From NCBI RefSeq assembly GCF_009914755.1, contig NC_060927.1: DNA of 64,000 bases; one strand, written 5' to 3'. This document shows positions 56,333-64,000 of the stretch, piece by piece. The stretch comes from the human T2T-CHM13v2.0 reference genome, Homo sapiens. Under the pieces are notes generated by a model. It ran no database searches. It saw nothing but the letters and a program-made list of their open reading frames with translations, and had not been told where the DNA came from. The position numbers and the translations under genes were made by a program. Numbering within the stretch: the first letter of the stretch is position 1; every line of letters starts with the position of its first letter.

Positions 56333-57712
56333 GCGGTACTGGTAGCAAAACAGAGATATAGACAAATGGAACAGAATAGAGCCCCCGGAAATAATACCAC
56401 ACATCTACAACCAGTTGATCTTTGACAAACCCGACAAAAACAAGAAATGGGGAAAGGATTCCCTATTTAATAAATGGTGCTGAGAAAGCTGGCTAGCCAT
56501 ATGTAGAAAGCTGAAACTGGATCCCTTCCTTACACCCTATACAAAAATTAATTCAACATGGATTAAAGACTTAAAGGTTAGACCTAAAACCATAGAAACC
56601 CTAGAAGAAAACTTAGGCAATACCATTCAGGACATAGACATGGGCAAGGACTTCATGACTAAAACACCAAAAGCAATGGCAACAAAAGCCAAAATTCAGA
56701 AATGGGATCTAATTAAACTAAAGAGCTTCTGCACAGCAAAAGAAACTACTATCAGAGTGAACAGGCAACCTACAGAATGGGAGAAAATTTTTACAATCTA
56801 CTCATCTGACAAAGGGCTAATATCCAGAATCTACAAAGAACTTCAACAAATTTACGAGAAAAAAATCAACCCCATCAAAAAGTGGGCAAAGGATATGAAC
56901 AGACACTTCTCAAAAGAAGACATTTATGCAGCCAACAGACACATGAAAAAATGTTCATCATCACTGGCCATCAGAGAAATGCAAATCAAAACCACAGTGA
57001 GATACCATCTCACACCAGTTAGAATGGCAATCATTAAAAAGTCAGGAAACAACAGGTGCTAGAGAGGATCTGGAGAAATAGGAATGCTTTTACATTGTTG
57101 GTGGAACTAGTTTACAGTTCCACCATTGTGGAAGACAGTGTGGCGATTCCTCAAGGATCTATAAATAGAAATATCATTTGACCCAGCCATCCCATTACTG
57201 GGCATATACCTAAAGGATTATAAATCATGCTGCTATAAAGACACATGCACACGTATGTTTATTGCGGCACTATTCACAATAGCAAAGACTTGGAATCAAC
57301 CCAAATGTCCATCAATGATAGACTGGATTAAGAAAATGTGGCACACATACACCGTGGAATACTATGCAGCCATAAAAAGGATGGGTTCATGTCCTTTGTA
57401 AGGACATGGATGAAGCTGGAAAACATCATTCTGAGCAAACTATCACAAGGACAAAAAACCAAACACCACATGTTCTCACTCATAGGCGGGAACTGAGGAA
57501 TGAGAACACTTAGACACAAGGTGGGGAACATCACACACCAGGGCCTGTCATGGGGTTGGGGGAGGGGGGAGGGATAGCATTAGAAGATATACCTAATGTA
57601 AATGACGAGTTAACGGGTCCAGCACACCAACATGGCACAGGTATACATATGTAACAAACCTGCACCTTGTGCATATGTACCCTAGAACTTAAAGTATTAA
57701 AAAAAAAAAAAA
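56333..57712 (+). mobile_element. 5'-truncated L1PA (L1PA4/5-like): ORF2 C-terminal remnant and 3'UTR
   Basis: ORF 56640-57062 ([19 protein letters not shown]...) is L1 ORF2p, with premature stops; G-rich tract, ACCCTAGAACTTAAAGTA and poly(A). Confidence 0.95.
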
Positions 57713-58276
57713 GAATGGGGTCCATTTTCAATCTTCTGCCTATGTCTAGCAGTTATTCCAGCACCATTTATTGAATGGGAATTCCTTTCCCTATTGCTTG
57801 TCATTCTCAACTTTGTTGAAGGTCAGATGGTTCTATGTGTGTGGCTTTGTTTATGGGCTCTCTAGTCTGTTTCATTGGTCTAGGTGTCTGTTTTTGTACT
57901 GGTACCATGCTATTTTAGTTATTCTAGCCTTGTAATGCATTTGAAATCAGGTAGAGTGATGCCTTCAATTTTTTCTTTTTGCTTAGGATTATTTGGGCTC
58001 TTTGGTCTCTTTTCTTGATTCCAAATGCATGTTTAGATAGTTTTTTCTAATTCTAGGAAAAATGTCATTGGTGCTCTGATAGGAATAGCATTGATTTAAT
58101 AAATTGCTTTGACCATTTTGGGCAGTATGACCATTTTAACAATATTGATTCTTCCTATCCATGAGCATGGAAAGTTTTCCCATTTGTTTGTGTTGTCTCT
58201 GATTTCTTTCCTCAGTGTTTTATAATTCTATTGTAAAGATCTTTCACCTCCCTTGTTAGCTGTATTCTTATATATT

Positions 58277-58300
58277 GTGTGTGTGTGTGTGTGTGTGTGT
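58277..58300. repeat. (TG)n microsatellite inside L1
   Basis: Directly visible. Confidence 0.95.
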
Positions 58301-58704
58301 GGCTGCTGTGAATGAGATTGCATTCTTGATTCTTGCTCTCAACTTGGATATTGTTGGTATATAGAAATATTACTAATTTTTTACATTGATTTTGTGTCAT
58401 GAATTTACTGAAATTGTTTATCTGATCTAGGAGCTTTTGGGTGGAGACTATGCATTTTTATAGATATAAAATCATGTCATCTGTGAGAGGAGATACTTTG
58501 ACTTCCTCTCTTCTTATTGGATGCCTTTCATTTCTTTCTCTTGTCCAATTGCTCTGGCTAGGACTTCTGGGACTCAGTTGAGGAGGATTGTTGAGAGTGG
58601 ACATCCTTGTCTTATTCTGCTTCTCAAGGAAAGTGCTGCCAGCTTTTACCCATTAAGTATGATGTTGGCTATGGCTTTGTTACAGATGTCACTTATCATT
58701 TTGA

Positions 58705-59017
<313 letters not shown>

Positions 59018-60066
59018 AGAACCATGCTCTTTTAATGCCCAGTTTGTTGAGGGTTTTTTTTTTTTTTTTCCATGAAGGTATATTGAATTTTATTGAGAGC
59101 CTTTTCTGCATCTATTAAGATATTTCTGTGGTTTTGGTTTTGGTTCTGTTTATGTGATTAGCAAAATTTATTGATTTTCATATGTTGAACCAACTTTGCA
59201 TCCCAGGTATAAAGCCTACTTGATTATTGTGGATTAGCCTTTAGATGTGCTGCTGGATTCAGATCACTTGTATTTTGTTGAGAATTTTTTCATCTATGGT
59301 CATCATAGTTATTGGCCTGAAGCTTTCGTTTTTGTTGTTGTGTCTGTACTAGATATTGGTATCAGAATGTTGCTTATCTCATAGATTGAGTTAGGTAGGA
59401 GTCCCTCCTCCTTAATTTTTTGAAGTGTTTCCAATACAATTGATACTAGCTCTTCTTTGTAAGTCTAGCAAGTTTCAGCTGTGAATCCACTTGGACCAGG
59501 GCCTTTTCTGGTTGATAGGAATTTAATTAGTGGTTGAATTTTGGGACTCATTATTGGTCTATTCAGGCTGTTAATTTCTTCCTCTTTCACTGTTGGGAGA
59601 TTATTTGTTTCTAGGAATTTATTCATTTCTTCTAGGTTTTCTAGTTTGTGTGCATAGAAGTGTTCATAATAATCTCTGAGGATTTTTGTATTTCTGTGGG
59701 TTGGGTGATAAGGTCTGCTTTATAATGCCTGACTTATTTATTTGGATCTTTTCTCTCTTTTTCTTTATTATTTAGCTAGTAGTCTATCAAATTTATTTTA
59801 AAGAAAACTAGCTTTTAGTTTTGTTGATTTATGTATGGTTGTTTTGCATCTCAATTTCATTCAGTTTGGCTCTGAGTTTGGTTATTTATATTCCTGTGTT
59901 ACATTTGGGTTTTGTTTGGTCTTGTTTTTCTAGTTCCTCCATGTGTGATCTAAAGTTGTTAATGTGAAATTTTTCTAACTTTTTGCTGTAGGTGTTTGGC
60001 ACTATAAACTTTCCTCTTAACACTGCTTTAGACAGAGATTCTGGTGTGTTACATTTTTGTTTTTAT

Positions 60067-60377
<311 letters not shown>

Positions 60378-63300
60378 ACATTTTTGTTTTTATCTAGTTT
60401 CAAAAAATTTCTTGATTTCTGCCATAATTTAAATGTTTACCCAAAAGTCATTTAGGATCAGGTTGTTTAATTTCCATGTAATTGTGTGGTTTTGAAAGAT
60501 CTTCTTAAAATCAATTTCTATTTTTATAGCAATGTAGTCTGTGGGTGTGATTGGTATGATCTTGGCTTTTTTCAATTTGTTGAGAATTGTTTTATGGCCA
60601 ATCATATGGTCAATTTTAGACTATGTGCAATGGGTGGATGAGAAGAACATATAATCTGTTGTTGGGTGAAGAGTTCTGTAGATGTCTGTTAGATCCTTTT
60701 GGTCACATGTCAAATTCGGGCCTCAAATATCTTTGTTAGTTTTCTGCCTCAATTATCTGTCTAGTAATGTCAGTGCAGTTTTTACGTCTCCCACTATGGT
60801 TTTGTAATTATTTAATTGTCTTCATAGGTCTCTAAGAACTTCTACTATGAATCTGGGTGCTCCAGTGTTGCATGCATATATATTTAGAGAGTTAAGTCTT
60901 CTTGTTGAATTGAACCCTTTATTATTATATAATGCCTTTTTTGACTTTTTTGACAGTTTTTTGTTTAACGCCTGCCATGTCTGAAATTAAAATAGCAACT
61001 CCTGCTTTTTTCTCTTTTCTGTTTGCTTAGTAGATTCTTCTCCATCCCTTTACTTTGAGCCTATGGGTGTCACTGAAGATGGGTCTCTTAAAGACAGCAC
61101 ACAGCTGAGTCTTGCTTCTTTATCCAATTTGCCACTCTGGGACTTTTAAGTGGGGCCCTTAGCCTGTTTGCATTCAAGGTTAATGTTGATATATGCAGAT
61201 TTAATCCTGTCATTATGTTATCTTCTGGTTGTTATGCAGACTTTACTGCATGGCTGTTTTACACTGTCAATGGTCTGTATACTTCAATGTGTTTTAGTGG
61301 TGACCAGTAACAATATTCATTTCCATGACTAGCACTCCCTTAAGGACCTCTTTTAAGGCAAATCTGGTGGTAACAAATTCCCATGTCATTTTTTTGTCTG
61401 AAAAGAATCTTATTTTTCCTTCACTTATGAAGCTTAGTTTGGCTGGATGCAAAATTCTTCATTGGAATTTCCTTTCTTTAAAATTCCTCAATATAGGACT
61501 CTGGTTTGTAAAGTTACTGCTAAGAAGTCCACTCTTAGCCTTATGGTGTTCTGCCTTTTCTCCCTTGCTGCCATTAGCATTTTTTTTTCGTGTTGACTTT
61601 GGAGAATCTGAAGACTATGTGTTTTGAGGATGCTCAACTCTAGTATCTTACAGGCATTCTCTGCACTTCCTGATTTTGAATGTCAAGCCATCTAGTGAGG
61701 TTGGGGAAATTTTTGTTGGTAATGTCTTCCATATGTTTTCCAAGTTGCTTGTTCTCTCTATCTCTTTTTCAGGGACACTAATGAGTGGTAGGTTTTGTCT
61801 CTTTACATAACCCCATATTTCCTGGAGGTTTTGTTTATTGTTTTGTATTCTTTTTTATCATTGTTTTTGTCTGACTGAGTTAATTTGAAGAACTGGTCTT
61901 CGAGCTCTGAGATTCTTTCCTCAGCTTGGTCTATTCTGCTGTTAATACTTCTGATTGTATTAAACAATTCTAGTAAGGTTTTCAGTTCTATCAGTTTTGT
62001 TTGGTTATTTCATAAAAATGGCTATTTTACCTTTCTGCTCCTGAATTGTTTTATTGCATTTCTTAGATTCCTTGAATTGAATTTCAACTTTCTCCTGAAC
62101 GTCAAGTATCTTCATTCCTACCAAGTTTCTGAATTTTATGTCTGTCGTGTCAACCATTTCAGCCTGGATAAGAACCATTTCTGGGGAACTAGGGTAGTCA
62201 TTTGGAGGTTAGAAAACACTGGCATTTTGAGTTGCCACAGTTCTTATGCTGGTTCTTTATCATCTATATGGGCTGATGTTCTTTTAATGTTTGAAGTTGC
62301 TGTTCTTTGAATGTTTTTCCTTTTTTCTTTCTTTTGCTTTTATAGTCTTAAATGCCCTTTAGGGTTTGACTGTAGTATAAGGTGGATTCAGTTGACTAGC
62401 TTCATTTCTGGAAGATTTTATGGGGCCAAGGCTCAGCTCAACACTTCTGAGCTGCATGCTGTAAACCTGGGCAGTTGGCAGCAGGCTCATTCCTTTATGC
62501 TCTGGCTCCTTGAGGTTAAGCACCTGTTACACTGAAAGGGCTAAAGTGTTCCCAGTGCACTGGAAACAAAACTCTCATGGGAAGTGCCACCCAAAATGCT
62601 TGATTGTGGCAATGACAGTGGAGGCCATGTTCACACCTGCATCGCAGCATTGGAGGTAACATGGCAGTGTGCATGCCCATTGGTCATGGCAGGGCCCTGG
62701 CAGTGGTGGCAGTGCTTCAGGATGCACAAAGGCACTGGTGGTGGTGGGACAGCAGCATCCTTAACAGAGCAGAGTAGCAGTGTCCACACATGCAGGTGTG
62801 CCAATGGCAGTGGCAGCACACACATGCCAGGTGCACAATGTGCTGGGTGCACACAGATGCCAGCATCCATATGGTGGTGGGGAGGCAGCGTGTGCACCCA
62901 CCTCTGTGCCAGCTGTGGCGGCGAGGCTGGGTATGCACACACTGGCGGGGATGAGGCACTGACCGGAGTGAGGTGGCAACATCTGTGGGTGCACTTGTGC
63001 CTGTGGTTGCAGGGCAGCAGAGTCCACACACACACTGGCAAATCTGGGGCAGTGAGGTTTGCCCATGTGTGTGCACCTGCAAAGTTGTGCAGTGGGTTGG
63101 GGGTGCTGTGTTTTGTAGGAAAATGCAGGTCAGTGTGTGCACATTGTCAAGGGACCATATGCTGGAACTCCTCAATGATCAAGTGCAGTCTTCCAGTCAA
63201 GGAGCAATGGCAGCAACTTTTGGGAAGCACTCAGATTGGGTATCTGGGGCTACACTGCAAGTGGCCTCAGACAGGCAGGGACTCTGGGAGAGGGTGGCAG

Positions 63301-63859
63301 ACAGAGTGGTCCCTCAAATCATACTGGCCCCATCCCAGAGCCAAGACCACCCTGCTGTGTCCAAATCTAACAGTTAACAAAGGCCAAAGCTATCTACAGT
63401 AGCTTGCTGAGCCTTGGAGTATGGGCGTTTATAGATGTGCTCATTGCACCCTTTCCTGTACCACACCCTCTGGGGTCCACACAGACTGGAGTCTTTTTCC
63501 TGCAACCTCTCCAAAATAGTCTCCCCGTCAACTCAAATGTCTGTGGGGGTTAGGGGGTCTTCTGCAGCTAGGATTCTGGAGGTCCCTGGTGAGAGTTGGC
63601 CACTCCTTGCCTATTTAACTCACCCCTTTCCCAGGAGACACTGGAGGCCAAGAATGAGTCCTGGTGCTCAGCAGTCTCATACAGGGCTCCCAGCTTCCTC
63701 CCGCATTAGACCAGGATTTGAGTCCTCTCTTCACCCACTCTCAATGACTACCTTCTGAAGTTCTTCTCAAAGTGTGCCAGTCTTCGTGACAGTCGGATCA
63801 CTCAGTGGGAGATGCTCTTCTCTTCCTTGGCTGTGTCTAGTTGGCCATCTTGGCTCCCC

Positions 63860-63945
63860 AGTTCTATTTCTATAAAGTTGCAATAAACAGCCCAAAAATG
63901 AAATAAAGAAAACAATTTCATTTACAATAGCAACAAAAATAACAC
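63860..63945 (+). mobile_element. Old L1 ORF2 fragment
   Basis: AAAAATGAAATAAAGAAAACAATTTCATTTACAATAGCAACAAAAATA. Confidence 0.65.
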
Positions 63946-64000
63946 TTATAAATATTTGTATCTTTATTATTGTTTTTAATAGATGCACAATAATTTTACA

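Noticed and set aside
56640-57062. 140-aa ORF with clear protein similarity
   Set aside because: It is an L1 ORF2p C-terminal fragment in a 5'-truncated element with premature stops; not a host gene.
62584-63402. Longest ORF (272 aa) and overlapping ORFs on both strands
   Set aside because: They lie in the GC-rich degenerate repeat array of an L1 5'UTR. The low-complexity Cys/His/Gly/Trp composition and many simultaneously open frames indicate stop-codon depletion, not coding.

Overview
This is AT-rich primate nuclear DNA, almost certainly human: it carries an Alu with all five AluYa5 diagnostic bases. It looks intronic or intergenic. About half or more of the window is recognisable transposable-element sequence. 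This comprises 14 near-full Alus (J, S, Y, Ya5) plus a fragment, three long degraded L1s with recognisable 5'UTRs, a 5'-truncated L1PA, several shorter L1 3' pieces, and a full THE1 MaLR provirus. It also includes solo LTRs (MER39, LTR27-like, MLT1, MLT2, LTR18), DNA transposons (Tigger1, MER2, MER5, MER20) and old L2/MIR fragments. I cannot support any protein-coding gene, RNA gene or CRISPR-like array. The ORFs in the track are Alu/L1/THE1-derived or random. I do not see a previously undescribed biological system. The observations worth a second look are structural. They include a ~240-bp local templated duplication captured inside an L1 3'UTR, a ~155-bp foreign insert in an L1 5'UTR, and several short inverted-duplication (template-switch) scars. 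There are also deletions at TE junctions lacking TSDs, an unclassified LTR-like insert in a MIR, a possibly polymorphic AluYa5, and a few weak splice-signal-bounded exon candidates. Family and subfamily calls are from recalled consensus sequences, not a database search, and boundaries of old repeats are approximate.
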